Positions 1-14,300 of a stretch of DNA of 63,841 nt are shown one piece after another (position 1 is the stretch's first letter; every line of letters starts with the position of its first letter). The notes beneath the pieces were generated by a model. The model made no database searches, was not told where the DNA came from, and saw only the letters and a program-made list of their open reading frames with translations. The translations under genes were made by a program, and so were the position numbers. Origin of the DNA: Antechinus flavipes (lineage: Eukaryota). The stretch is taken from assembly GCF_016432865.1 (NCBI RefSeq), contig NC_067402.1, positions 152,582,001 to 152,645,841 on the forward strand, written 5' to 3'.

Positions 1-744
1 TTCTTTCTCTGGCATTGCATCTTCCAATATTTTTACATGACTTTCTGTACAGCTTATCATTTGTAAGTCATAAGAGTCTCATCACTTTCAACTTTGTTCC
101 TCTGTTATCCTTTGCATGATCTTTAATTTCAGTTATTAAGCAACTGTAGCAATCCAAATTTCAAATATATATAGAATCAATCGAAGAATATTGATCTTAA
201 ATAGTCTAACCTGCTCTTTTTGAACTATTCAGTTTTAAGTTCCTTTTGTCTCTTCTTTGGTAATTGATTCAGAAAAGTGAAGTTCTCAAATAAATCAATA
301 TATTATGTTAATATATTTTCATTGCTCCATTTCCTGTTTTTATTGTCAATGGCTTTTTTGATTTGACCAGATAGGAGAGTTATGATACAATAATATAGCT
401 TCTTTCCTTCTTTATTCTTTCTTGTAAACCTATGATGATTTGTTTGTATTTGCTCTAATAAACTGATGATTTGATTTGACATGATTTAAATCTAGGATCA
501 ATATTAAATAATTGTCTATATGTTTCAATGTAATCAACTTCATTGATTTGAATGCTATTCTATATTATTTCTGCTGCTAATTGACTCTCTTCTGAAGGAA
601 ATAAATAGCTTTTAAAATAGGCACAAAATTAATCATTTGACCTTTTCCATTTCTTAATCTTGAATTATATTTTCCAACATATTTTTCTCTACATTTTGCC
701 TGAGTTTATTTTTGTACTGAAGTTACTATGCTTGATTTAGTTTA

Positions 745-860
745 TTTCAACACATATTTATTAAACATCTACTACATTAAGCATGAAGCAATTTACTGGA
801 CACTGGGGTACAAAACCAAAAGAAGAGTCTTTGTCCTCAAGAAACTGGCACTCTACAATT
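745..860 (-). mobile_element. L2 LINE 3' end relic
   Basis: ttcaacacatatttattaaacatctact...ggacactggggtacaa resembles the reverse complement of the L2 3' tail; highly diverged, boundaries approximate. Confidence 0.5.
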
Positions 861-1679
861 AACTTATTCTGAAGGGTTTAATCATATTCTTCAGGTAATT
901 TTTCTACCTTTTCATTTTCTGGAACAGTTTTCTGCAAAAGTTACAAACATTTTCATAGTTGCTGTTTCCTCTCTTTTTAATAATAAGTATTATAAGGAAA
1001 ATTGACCAGATATCCTTTTAAATAACATACTTTTTAAAAAAAAATTGGTACATAATCAATCAGATTCTATCAAAGTTGCCATGTTAACCAAGTTGCCTTT
1101 AACACGAAGTGTTAATGGTATTTCTAAGACAACCCAGTGAGTCATCCTTCCATTTTCACAGTATCAAGTTTTGTTATATGTTTTACTTTAATTTATAGCA
1201 AGGATTAATTATTCATATGATTCAGTTTCTCTAATGCTATTTCAACTCATTGCTCATTGGAGAAAGGCATTACATTTAGAGTACAATAGTTGAGTTATCA
1301 TTTATTGATGATCCCAAACCTAACACCTCTATAATTCAAAATCTTTTTTTTTTTTTTTTTTTTTGCCACCATCACAAGAACAGAAGGGGAACACAAAGAT
1401 TCAGTAGCATTTTGTATTTTTCTTTATTTCATCAGCTGCCATTGTCAAATATTTCAATGCTAAATGATGTCTATTGATGAAAAGCCTTTCAGTACCTAGC
1501 CCAGCTAGTCCCTGGACACAAAAACTTCTGTTTATGAAAATAGACTCAAAACCTTTACAAAATGATAGATGTCAACTGTGGTTACACTCTTAAGGAATAG
1601 CTTGTGATTACCTCTTAGACAAGATGAGGCATCCATTGTGAAGCTTTTCAAAAAAATAGAAGAAATTCACCATAAACAG

Positions 1680-1800
1680 TTCCTCATTGTTGAAGGTCTT
1701 CAAATAGGGTTTGAATGACCACTTGTTGGGGCATATTCTTTGTCTAGATGAACTTTGAATTTTCTTCCATCTTTTCAGTCCTATTGTTTCATGATTCTAA
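1680..1800 (+). mobile_element. L3/CR1 or MIR3 3' end relic
   Basis: cattgttgaaggtcttcaaatagggtttgaatgaccacttg...ctagatg...catgattcta matches the CR1/MIR3 3' terminus pattern. Confidence 0.5.
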
Positions 1801-2299
1801 AAGTAAGACTTTTGTGTAAATATATGTATCTGCTTCTCTGAGCTCTTCCAATTTATCATTCCCCTCCCTCTGTACCCTCCACCCCACCCCCCCACACACA
1901 CACACAGAGGAAAGAAAGAGAGAAATAATCAACATAGATGATAACGAGAATAATCTGGGGGATGGGGGGAGATGTCTTGAGAATTCTAGACAAAGGTTTT
2001 ATTCATCTTAGATCTCTACAATATAAAGCACTGTTCTACACATTATCAATGGGACTAAGCAAGTCCCAGATACTCTTTAAAACTCCCTTTTCTTATGAGT
2101 AAAATCAAAGTCACTAGATCATCTCTTCAAGCTATTACATTCAGTGAATCTTGGTCTGAGTAGAAAATATAATTTGAACAATATAGAACTAATGATTTAT
2201 ATATTTTATTTATATAATTTCACTTTCAAATAATAACAGTATAAATAATAGCTAGTACTTCTATTGTGCTTCAAGGATCGCAAAACACTTTACAAAAAT

Positions 2300-2490
2300 T
2301 GTCTAACAGTACTCTCACAACCCTAGGAGGCAAGTGATATTGCCATTCATATTTACACATGAGGAAACTGAGAGACAGAAATATTGACTTTCCCAGGAAC
2401 TTACTGCAGTTAGTGATAAATATTTCAAATGGTATTTGAAGTTAGACTTTAAGTCAAACATCTATCCACCAGACAACCAAGCTGCATCAG
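2300..2490 (-). mobile_element. MIR/CORE-SINE relic
   Basis: atttacacatgaggaaactgag...gacttt cccagg is the reverse CORE motif. Confidence 0.55.
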
Positions 2491-3290
2491 CTATACTACC
2501 TAACAAAAACAAATGAAAAGTTTCATGAGTAAGCATTATATAAAAACAATATATATTCATTGATTCCTTTCAAATTTTTATTAAGCATGTTTATTTACCA
2601 TGTTTCATTAGGTCCTTTGGGTATTATAAACGTAAAATATCTTCTTTGCCTTCAAGCTTACAATATTGTTTTATAGAAAACTGCACATATTAGTCAGTAA
2701 ATAGTGAAGTGATAATGGATTCAGTATTAAAGGCATTCAAAGGAGGCATAAAAAGTAAAAGAGGAAAAGTTAGGCAGAAAGACAAAGAGAGATAGAGAGA
2801 CAGACAGAAAAAAAAGAATCAGAGAGATGGATACAGAAAAAAGAAAATGACAGAGAGAGATCAGTTTTGGCTGAAGCATTCAAGAAACATGTAATTATAT
2901 TGGACATAGAGGTAGAAACAGATTCTGAAGCCTTGTAAGATTTGCAATAGCCTCAGGGAGCTCTATTGTTCAGGCATAGAAAGGTATTTAAAAGTGCTTA
3001 GTGTTCAAAGATTTAACACCAGGAAGCAGTTCCCAAAAGAAGTCCATCTAAAATATATCTTTAAGGACATGCTTAATGTGCACTGACAAAAAAAGGTAAA
3101 TGACTTTGGATAGTGGGGAAAAACATGAAAAGCATAATTTTAGAAGAAAATGTCAAGTTTCTTCTAGGGAATCAGAGGATAGGAAACAAAGAAGAGGTTG
3201 AACTGAAATGAGAATTTATCAGAAATTTCAAGAAAATATATTGTGGATTCTTTAATAGCAAAGTTATATTCCAAAATGGTAATTAAGATA

Positions 3291-3513
3291 GAGATGACTT
3301 AGATGGCATAGTGGATTAGAGAGCTTAATCTGGCCTCAGACACTCACTAGTTGTGTGACTCTGGACAAATCACAAACTCGTTTGCCTCAATTTCCTCATC
3401 TGTAAGCTAAACTGGAGAAGAAAATGGCAAACCATTCCATTATCTTTGTCAAGAAAGTCCCAAAAAGACATTATGAAGAGTGAAACATGACTGAAAAATG
3501 ACTAAATAACAAA
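3291..3513 (+). mobile_element. MAR1-type marsupial CORE-SINE
   Basis: tRNA-like head, CORE (tttcctcatctgtaa) and the tail ctggagaag..aaatggcaaaccattcc..tatctttg..aagaaa...catgactgaaaaatgact. Confidence 0.7.
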
Positions 3514-4387
3514 AATTAAGATATACTAATTGTCAACTGTTTAACATGGACTCAGTTAAGAAGGGATTATAGACAAAGTTGCCAAAAGTTTTTCAATATT
3601 TCTTTACGTTAGATTTTTTTCTTTAAAAGCTAAAATAATAATCATCATTTTAAATGGAATAAAATAATAAATGAACAGATTTTATGTCAAGTTTGATTTA
3701 GGAATAAGTCATTATTTAATTATTCCCATAACTAAATAAGTATCTATACTATAAGCATGAAATTACACAGATATAAATGACTTAGTCGTTTTAGAAATGC
3801 TGACGTTATCTTATAAGTAGGAATAAAAACCCATTTTAGTTTTTAAAATTAAAAAAAAAAAAGATTTGATGAGATAGTGATTAACCTTAGTTAATCTGTT
3901 TCTGTTACAGAATCTAGTCGAGATTCTCACTTGAAGATTGTTTATAAGCATTAGTACATTCTGTAGCTCCATCTGCTGTCTGAATTTGCCATTACATATA
4001 ATTTGTAAATAATGTGAATTGAAATCCTACTTTAAGAAATCAAATGTTCTACTAAGAGTGGGTTCTGGGATTAGACAATCTCAGATTTAAAAAAATTTAT
4101 TCATAGTAGATGTCCATGATGAATAAAGAAAATTAGTGTGAAATCTCATCAAGAAGCCTAAAACTCATACTGATCCAACTTGTAAAAAATCCTAAGAATA
4201 ATTAAGACACGTCTTTTTGGTGTTCTGAGAGCAAGAAGAACAAATAAAGGATAAATCTATTGCTTAGAAAAAGTGATGTAATTATAATAGACAAAAGAGA
4301 AAGGGGAAACATCAATATGTAATTCTTATTTTTCTTTTAACTTCTTTGTTAAAGAAGTTGAAGGAAAAAAAAAAAAAAACTTCTTTA

Positions 4388-4556
4388 GGGGCAGCTAGGT
4401 GGTACAGTGGATAGAGCACCACCAGCCCTGAAATAAAGAGGACCTGAGTTCAAATCTGACCTCAGACATTTAACACTTCCTAGTTGTGTGACCTTAGGCA
4501 AGTCACTTAATCCCAATTGCCTCAGAAAATAAATAAATAAATAGAAATAAATCTTA
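4388..4556 (+). mobile_element. WSINE1-type young tRNA-derived SINE
   Basis: Starts ggggcagctaggtggtacagtggatagagcacc, B box gagttcaaatc, A-rich tail; flanked by a duplicated A(n)cttct(t/c)ta target site. Confidence 0.9.
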
Positions 4557-7500
4557 AAAAAAAAAAAAAAAAAACTTCTCTAAAGGGGAATTAGAGCACT
4601 AAGAAACACTAAAAAAGCATAGCCTCTAAAGAAAAGGATTTGAATTTAAATGATCCCTCAGAAACTTTTCGTTGTCTATGAATTTGGCAACTCCCTGAGT
4701 CTCACCAAGTTTTCAATTTCCTCATTTGTAAAATAAAGGGATTGGACCTAGGATTGCTTCCACTGTAAGGGGGCTTCAATGAAAGTTAGAACACAAGGGT
4801 GAGTACTAACATTTTGAATAGGAAAAATTAAGTTCAGTTATAGTCAACAGATAGAGTCTTAACTCATTTAAGCGAATTTGACTATCTTGGAAGTGCTCTG
4901 TCTGTATCTCAGGTATCCACACAAAGAATACTACCACCGCAGACTAAGCAGAGACTTGTGATAAAGTGATGGTGCTATACGATTGAATACATCAAAGCCA
5001 GTGACTGCCTACCTATATGGAGGCAGCATCATAAAGTAGTAGCAGAAAACAGCAGGGATTTTCTATCTTCTGGTTATTGTTTATGATATTTAGTTAACAA
5101 ACCCTACACAGTCCAGTATGTTGGAATCACCGTGGGAATACATTGAACAACAGCCTATCTGGAGTAAAACTCTCCTTTTTACTTTTGCTGGATCTGGCTA
5201 ACTTTGCTGTCTGTTGGTTCCCTACTTTGTGTCTCTTCTATTATAAAATTCCTCATCTTTTATTGAAAGTGAGGGAAGGAAGAGTTACAACCACAGGCCC
5301 AGGATGGAATTATCTTATTGTGTCTGTGAAAGAAGGACTTTGTTGTAAAGTGGTTTTCTGCCTATTTTACAAAGGGTAGAAGTTTAACCTATTGAATTTC
5401 TATTAGTAGACTGAGTTGGGTGGTAAATAATGAGACACCAGCTTGTGTGCGAGACAAATGTATTCTGAGATCCTGCCTCATTTGAAAGCCTGAGGAATAA
5501 AGAGTTTGCCAAGAACAGGTTTTCTTAGCCATGTTTGTGTTACGAACTTCATTGGCATCTTGGTGAAGCCAATGGACACCTTGGAAATATGTTTTTAAAT
5601 ATATAAATATATTTTTTATTTTATATATAATATATATATGTATATATTTAAATATATAAAATAGCATGGGAAAAATTTATATTGAACCATAATCATTAAT
5701 ATATATATAAACACATATATACATATATGTATTTAAAATATTTAAGCCTTTTATGTAGAACTATGAAACCAAGGGCCAGAAAGAATTTTAAAGAAAATTG
5801 TATAGTCATCACTTTTGGCAGACATATCAGAAGACTGGACACACTTAAATTTTGTCCTAATTTTAAATGAAGGAAAAGTAGATTTAGGAAAATCTTCAGG
5901 ACAGTCCTGAAATATTTTAATTAAATGAGAGTTTTATAGAAAAGCTTAAAACCAAATTAGCAGTTTTGAAAGTTTATAACAGGCAAGCAGGGATCATTGG
6001 AACCAAAATGTGCAATTACTAGCAACTACCAGATCCAACTATGCTCCATATATCTCCTTCCTTTCTTTCCTTTTTCCAAAATTTGGAAGCCTAAATTGAC
6101 CAGAAAAATGAATGAAAGCTAATAATAGAATAGAAGGAATTTTAGCCTGAGAATAGCAAATTGGAGTTTGTGGAAGTATATAGTCTCTGAGTATAAGCAG
6201 CACAACCTGATAGTTATTCTAATTATCAATGGATTTTTATAAGACTTTAAATATGACCTTCTCATGGTAAGAACCACTGGTGATAACGTGGGCAATGTCA
6301 TTCTGCAGTGCTGACTGACAAACAAATGGAATAAGATCTGGCAGAAATTTCTCATTTGAGTTGATGAATTATGTTCATTGTGGAAGTCCCAAGTTTTTCA
6401 TACCTTGTTTGAGAAGGACAATCAAGGCATGTGCCTTGTGATATCTCTTTTAGAAAGGAGAATCATAGGTCCCTGAACTGAAGGATATTTAGATTTAGAT
6501 TTAGTTTAATAGTTTCATTATGTAAGCCAACAATGTGTCAGTTTATCTGTTGGAAATGAAGAAGCAAATAATGCAGACATTAAGGCAAACAAACCACAAG
6601 AACTTGGCCAGAGAAGAAATGACACAGCTGCCTGTTCTGCAGTCTCTTTCAACAGCTTAGATGTCCATCTATCTGGTTTTCATCAGAGCATATTAATTTT
6701 TAAGTCTTTATTGCCAAAATGAATTGATAGAGAATGGATTAGAGTATAGTTAGATTAAGTCATTGCAGTTTAAATGATAACATCTAGAGTTGAGATCCTG
6801 TTCTATTCAATGTCTCTATGATTCCAGAGGTAGCCTGCTACAATAGGAAGAAAATTAGTATTGGAAACGAAACAGCAATATGTTCCACAATTCCTTTGAC
6901 CATCAATTTTTTTCATCAGAAGAATGGGGACATGATCTGTACCCTTCCTACTCCACACGATTGATGTGAGGATCAAGGCAGATAAAATATGTAAAAGCAT
7001 TTTCTAATTATACAATACCATATGGAAAGGCAACATGGTAGAATGGAGAGAGAATCTGTTTTAAGAGAATGGAAAACATAGCTTTAAGTCCTGCCTCTTT
7101 CACATTGCTTATGTGACTTGGGCAAGGTACGTCACTAATCAGGGCTCTACTCTACCAAGTTGCAGAAAAGAAACTAACCTGCTTTTCTTTACCTCGTGAC
7201 TTTCTTTACTAATAAAATCAAAGGTCCAATTCCTATCTTTAGATTATAATAAAAAAAATGCTATTATAGATAGATCTCATTTTTTCCTTCAAAATATATA
7301 GTGGTAAATTTTGTATTAGAAAATACTAGCAATTGTAAGGGGAAAAAGTAATGAATGCAATTGATAAGTTGAAGGAACTGGGACACTGTTACCAAAAATG
7401 TTCTTCTGAAAACTATTGAAAATAACCATTTTAATTATAACTAAAATTATCATCTTTGTCTTCATGGTATGGTTCTAACAATTAAGTTAAAATTTTTAAT

Positions 7501-8156
7501 CTTTCTATATGTGTTTTTCTCATTATTACTGGAATTCTATCTATCAATCAGCCATTCACCTGCCCAATTGACCTGTTTTCTAAATTTAACATAAAGATGA
7601 AAATGTTATCACTTTTTATGTCATCAACCCTTTTGACAATCCTCATGAAGCATATAGATCTCTTTACAGAATAATCTGTTTGGGGAGTTGGGGGAATCAA
7701 TATTAAATTACTTGCCCAGAGTCATACAGCTGGTGCCTGAAGCCAGATTTGATTTCAAGTCTTTGACTCCAGATCCAGTGCTTTATCTATTGCATCTCCT
7801 AATTGCTCCAGAATAACATTTTTAAATGCATAAAATAGAACATATACGATTACAAAAGAAACCAATTCTATTGAAATATAGCTATTAAAATTTTTTAATG
7901 AATCATGTATCCCAGAGTAATAGCATTGAAGTAGAATATCAATACAAAAATATGACATTTGGAGAATTCAAGTTCTTTCTCTTTATTTCCTCAAACTTTA
8001 AAACTTTATTAAATTCCTTCCATATTCAAGGAATTGTTCAAGAAACAAGGGATTACATCTTTAGTGGTGTAAAATGTAGTCTCTTTCCTCAAAGAACTAT
8101 TAATGGAAATTTAAAATGTACACAAATATAAGCAACATGAACTTGAGGTGTATAAA

Positions 8157-8596
8157 TGTAGTGTTCTCTGGTTCGGTTTTCTTAGAAGTCTCTGAGAGCA
8201 GCTTTCGTTTCAGTTCAGTAATCACCATGTAAACAGCCAGGTGTTAAAGTCCAAATCCTTTATTATATCTTTCAAAGTCTTATCTCCTTTCCTATGGTCC
8301 AGTTAGCTTTCTTAAAGCCCTATCTCTCTCCTTTGTTCCGAGAGCTTGATCTCCCGCCTGTCTTCTCTGTCCTCTGAATCTCTCTGAATGAATTCTGGCT
8401 AAGACTCCTAGGTTATATATGCTCTACACTGAGTATTGACCAATCATTATATCACTAAGAAACCATTATTTGTTGTAAGATTAAATCAAACATACTAAAC
8501 CATGCTAAACTAGATAACCATTGTCTCTATCAATTCCACTGACTTAGTCCCTTGTAAGAATCCTTTGTTTCAAGTTCAGAGTTCTGGCCCATAATA
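8157..8596 (-). mobile_element. Solo ERV LTR (ERV2-like)
   Basis: On the minus strand: TA(TG-decayed)...CA termini, TATA-like catatataa, AATAAA near the 3' end; 6-bp TSD tataaa (8151-8156) / tatgaa (8597-8602), 5/6 match. Confidence 0.85.
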
Positions 8597-10584
8597 TATG
8601 AACAATATGTTAGAAAAGTTTAGAAAATGAGAAATCACTTCTACCTTATAGATTCTTTTATTTAAATTTCATTAAATTTCACTTTCACTTTCTCAGTATG
8701 CTTACTCCTCTTTACCTTACAATAGGGTGATATATAATGATAACCTGAAATGAAATTTAAATTTAAAAAATTTCAATTTCATATTCCTAAATTCATAATG
8801 CAACCATCTAAAAAGCTAGGAACACCCTTAACAGGATCTCTGTTTCCCTTATTTCTGTTCAATGGAAAAAATAAAAAGCTTAAGAGGCATCTAGGGACTT
8901 ATGATCCTGTCTCAGTTAAGCATATGTATTCACAATCATGCTGTGCATATAGCCATCAAAGCTGTTCCTGAAAAGGGGGGAAGGAAGTTAACAGAGTCCC
9001 AGAATACTGAAGAGAGAAGGAAAGAAAGAAACAACATGGAAATTGTTTCATCCCCTCAATAAAGGACTCATTTCTCAGTTGCCTATTATGTTTGACATAA
9101 TTCCCAATGACAGGGGCCATGGAGACCAACCAGGAGGAAATACTTTACTGAAGATCTCATCACCATGCATACTATATAGGATCTGTATAGGATCTCCCCT
9201 ACTTTCCCTATTCCAGGCGTAGATCTGTACAATAAGTTTCCTTGCTTATCTCCATTACACTATTTTCCTAAACCTTGAAGAAAGGGAGGGGAGAATACAT
9301 GTTAATTTTCATTTCTAATTTTGAAAGGAAACTTCTTTCAAATCAAACAAAAAACAAACAAACATGTATTATACATATATATGGTATGTGAAGAAAAAAT
9401 AGAAAAATATGTTGAATTTCTTAGAAATGCAGAGAATAGAAATAAATATATAAAATAGAAAAGAGATCTATCAATTTAGATCAGAGAAATTATATCAATG
9501 TGGATAAATGGTGTTATGAAAATAAGTGATCATTTGTCTTTATCCAATATAATTCTGGAGCTTTGGAAACAGCAGATAATTATGCTCTGACAATTCAGAA
9601 TGATCTTATAAGGGAAAATTGAATTAATTCTAATACAGAAACCAGACCAATGCTGGGTGGGGGTGGGGAAGAGGTTATTGGGCAACATTTTCAGTGTTAA
9701 CACAATGAGTACATAATTAATATACTCCTTATCATGCTACTGAGCATTCATAATTACGAATAATAATTGTTTTTATTGAGGTCTTAAAGGAAATTTATCA
9801 TAAAGCCTAAAGATATTCAGGGTTAAAATTTTCATGGATGCTTAGCTCAAATAGTCTCCATTCAAATATGGCATATAAAAGCATGGACTCCTGCCAAAAA
9901 GGAGGGAATATTATTGAACTTTACAAGTGTAAGGATCATCTTTTTAGAGGAGGAAACTGAACCAAAATAGTTAAATAACTGATATAATGTCACAGACCTG
10001 GAATTAGAACTGTGTCTTTTGTTCTTACTACCAAACAATGCTGTTACTTAACTCTGTAGATGATGGGCTGAAGTAGGAGGAGATTTGTAGCAAGGAAATC
10101 AACAAGTTATGAGGTGATAAGAGCTTTGTGAACTGGGATTATTTCGTTTTTTAAATTCACTTTACTTATAGGGCTTACCATAGTTCCTGGCAACGGTATG
10201 TACTTAATACATACTAAGTGAGTGATATTTCTTCACCAAGAATAATATCTTTTCTCTATCATGGGATTAATTCTTCCCAGAATCCATGTTTGTATGGTTC
10301 ACTATTAGTTGCTTCATTGCAGAATTATTAAGCAAATAATCACCTGCAGCTCTACAGAGACTTAGAATATGCACTGGAACATTCTTTAAATCTCTTGTAA
10401 ATACCATCCAGGTGTAGGCAGCCCTAAATATTCAACAGCCTGGAAAATGCATATTTTCTTTGCTGCTACCTATCTGTCTTTGAACTCTCAAACACATCTT
10501 TATTCAATCATGAGATCCTAAGACACTTGAAACTATTAAAACTGCCAAAAGAAAATAAATAAAAGTAGGCACTCTGACACTCAT

Positions 10585-10587
<3 letters not shown>

Positions 10588-10630
<43 letters not shown>
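10588..10630. repeat. (CA)n microsatellite
   Basis: About 21 perfect CA units seen directly. Confidence 0.95.
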
Positions 10631-10634
<4 letters not shown>

Positions 10635-12729
10635 AACACACACCACAAATTGACAGCTGCTTTATAAAAAGAGGCCAGCATGACTCACTTCCATCTGAAA
10701 CCTCCCTTCTGTTTCAATCCTTTTACTTCCAGAAGTGGCAGGATTGTGGATTTATGATGTGGAAGCAGGTTTTTGTGTTTTGAGGGTATTTTTTAGAGAT
10801 ATGCCACCAACCAGACTTTCTTACCATAATTCAGCTTTGAAGCATCTCCTCTCCAGAGAACAAAGCTAAGAAGACTAATAAAACAACTTATTAACACAGA
10901 GCAGCCCCATCTGGCCACCTCCTGCCACAGCTCTATTTTCTGTTTCTCTACTTACCTGTGAAGGTCACACTGCAGGTTCAGACTTTGCAGATCTCTGTAG
11001 CCAACTAGTGCATTTTATTCCTTCGACCATACAGAAACAAATAATCAGATAGTGAATTTCAAGTCTAATTAACAGTCCTGCTGGATATACAGCCCCTGTC
11101 ATTTTCCAACTGGACAAAAATATTATATACTAGCATGATGGTGGTTGAGAATGATCTTTTGTTTGTTTGAGAAACATAAATAATATCTATAACTAAACCT
11201 CTTCAGTGTTTCAAGTTTCTTTCCCTTCAAAGTTAAATTGGTTGCTATCTTTACCCTAAAACTTTTTCTGATTCCCCAACCCATCCACATGAAAGTGATT
11301 TTTCCCTCCTTAAATTTTCCTAAAACTTTTAGAGTTACCAATTTTGCATTTTACACAGGGAAGTTAAAAGAAAGGAAAATAGAGCCACTGGAACAATTGG
11401 TTTACATAATCTTCCCAGGAATGTTGACTGGATTATTTCTTCCAAAGCTAGGGAGGACATGAGAGAGTGAAAATACAATAATTTGGCAGAAAAACTAGTT
11501 ATAGAGAACGCTTGCTAATCAGGAGTAAAGAATTCCAAGGTGAGACCAATTCAGGAGAGGGGGATGACCTAAATAAGCTCCTTCAGTGATATTGATTATC
11601 TCAAATATCCAAAAATGTTGTAAAAATGATCAGACTGGCTTTTTGCTTTACAATTGTAAACCACTCCATTTATATTCATGGAAACATCATTTGAAGGACC
11701 ATAAAAAAGTGTTTTACTACAATTTTAAAATTAGTTGTCATTAAAAACATTATCATCTTATAATTCCTTTGCATTCTTTTATAATATGAGTTAAACATCA
11801 ATTATGTTTCATCAGGAAATGTTTGCATTATATAGCCTTACTGATAAAATCATCAGTAATGCTATTTTAATTTTTCAAAAATTGTTGTTGAGTTTGAAGG
11901 TGGGAGAGAGCATAGGCTTGAGCTGTGTTGGAACATTCATCTAGGACATTCTTTGCACTCTAGGGCTGCTCCCACAGAAACTGCTGATTGTAGCAACACT
12001 TCTACCAGGGTACTTAGGGGGTGGGATCAGAAATTGTGCTGACAAAGAATGGGGTGAATGCCGGGGACAGACTAATTCAGGATGGAAGGAGTGGTACAGC
12101 TGTGGACCACCAATATTAGGTCCCGGATCTTTTTTCCCCTTGTGTCATCATTGTTGTTTTATGTATGTATGTATGTGTGTGGGTTCACAGATGTTTGAAT
12201 TGTTTGAGTTCATGTCACATGCTGGTCCAGAGGCTACACACAGCATGCACCAAGCTTGGAGGACCAATCCATAATGAAAGTTATGAGCAGTTTAGCTTCA
12301 AGCTACCTAATTACAGTATTCCTGTTGAGTCTGTAATGATCTTGCCTCAGTTCAAAGATGGGGGAAGGGAACAGAGCAGCATTTCTTAGGACTATACAAT
12401 GGCTTTCAGCAAAGAGTAAATGCAGAATAGTTATTGATGAGTCGTTTAAGAAGATGTCCTTTGGAATTCATGAGAATACTACTAAGAGTGAGAAAACTAT
12501 CAATGAAACTAGTATGTGGGCGAACTGTTCAATATTGGCAAAGATAAACATCTTTAGCAAATTATTTTGTATTCTGTTTTTTATTATAACAAGAGACAGC
12601 ATGGTATACTTAATATATTGCTACACTTGACCTAAGACCTGAATTCAAGACCTGATTCTCATACTTATTATTATATAGATGAGACACTGGATATATTATA
12701 AATCATAAATCATTTAATCTCTTAGTGCT

Positions 12730-12912
12730 CAGGATTTCTTAAACTTTCCACTTGCAACTCCTTTTCACCCAAGAAATTTGTATGTGACTCCCAGTATATA
12801 AGTATGTATGTATAATGTATACATTATATATATATGTATATATGTATGTATAATAAATCATAATTTTGCAATCCTCATATTCATTATGTGACCTCACGTG
12901 AGATCCTGACCC
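12730..12912. mobile_element. Non-autonomous hAT/Charlie-like MITE nested in a MIR-type SINE
   Basis: caggatttcttaaactttccacttgcaactcc...gacccacagttt ends resemble marsupial Charlie MITEs; SINE-like sequence on both sides (about 12630-12729 and 12925-13030). Confidence 0.5.
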
Positions 12913-13989
12913 ACAGTTTGGCCTCTAGAAAACTTTCTGAGACAAAGAGGTGAAGAGAAGCTGCCAATCTACATTTGTAGAGAAAGTTTCTTTTCCTAGT
13001 AGTTCCCATATATTAATGGAATCACAGGTCTAATTCCTATAAAGTTTATATACATACCTACACATATTAGTGTTCCTCTGTACATACTGTAGTCTGATTA
13101 TCAGTTAGATAGATGACAAAGATATGTCAGTTCTTTACTGAGAAAAATAAGATACTTAAATAAAATTTTATTTTAAAAGTCAATTATTGATGCTGTTATT
13201 CTTCATTAAAACATGCAACATACGTATTCAGATATTTATACATACTACATTTTTCAACAGGAATTTTTAATGCCAAGGAAATCCATGACTTACAAACGCA
13301 AAAGATTAAGTACCCCTTAATGCAAGTATTTATCAATGACAAGCTATCTTGCCCAATGGCCAAAGAGAGAAAGAGAGAGACAGAGAGACAGAGAGAAGAA
13401 AGATATTCTACATATGGTGAAATTCTTCAAATTATTTTAATGTCAGATGGCATCATGTTAGTTTCATTGAGACCAAATTAAAAAGCCTCCTTGATGAATA
13501 GTAAAATAGTATTTATTAAATGCCTTCTTTGTGTCACAAAGACAAAAAATAAAACTCATGGAAATGTAAATAATAATAATAATAATTAGTTTAGCCAGAC
13601 CTAGTAGGAAGAAAGACAGTGGATAAAAAAATGCATATTGTACAGACATATGGCTAAATGGATAGCCTATGAAGTTAATACATCATGTATGATGATGGCA
13701 TTTGAACAAAGGGTTAGACCCAATATTTAGGAGGATAAAACTGAATGAGAATGAATTTGAAAAACAGAGTTTTTGTGATCCCAAGTTGGTATAAAAGTCA
13801 ATCCCTTTCACAACTTCTTCTAGGAAGGTTCTATTGATAAAAATCATAGGACAATATAGGCTGAGAAGAATTTAAAATATAAACTCCAAATGGAAATGGA
13901 AATGTATAATTTGCAATATGATTTTTATAAAATTGTGGAATTACATGGTTCCCATAATAAGTACATTTAAGTAGCAGAAGCTTTCAAGC

Positions 13990-14300
13990 AGTGACTCATG
14001 CAAGAAGTGCTTCAAAAAGCATTTTCAAGGACAGATATAGCTAAAAAAAATTGATGGATCAGTCATATAACAAGAATTAAACACAAAAAATGGACAGTTC
14101 AAGTGCTACAATGATTCCCCTGAGATAGTAAAAGAATAAGAAGGAAGCTCCATCTCATGGTAAATTATACCATAATGGCTTTATTTAGGATTTATGGCAA
14201 TGTATTGACAAGAATTAAACTGGATGAGCATGTATGGAAGTGATGTAATCAACACTGGAAAAGAAATGAAATCCTTACTTGAATGAAATTCATTCACATG
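13990..14300 (+). mobile_element. RTE LINE 3' end relic
   Basis: atggacagttcaagtgctaca...ggaagctcca...ggatttatgg...gacaagaatt...ggatgag..gtatgga follows the marsupial RTE 3' end; old and diverged. Confidence 0.5.

Noticed and set aside
4388-4470. tRNA-like heads of SINEs as tRNA genes
   Set aside because: They continue into SINE body and A tail with TSDs; there is no cloverleaf 3' half.
4870-5380. Unique, slightly CpG-retaining block with acceptor-like sites and ORF 5143..5379
   Set aside because: All frames after the acceptors stop early, no recognisable protein, and only four CpGs.
5389-5667. 92-aa ORF
   Set aside because: Half of it is translated (TA)n low complexity.
12165-12630. Overlapping ORFs of 74 and 90 aa
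   Set aside because: No recognisable domain and no good donor; expected by chance.
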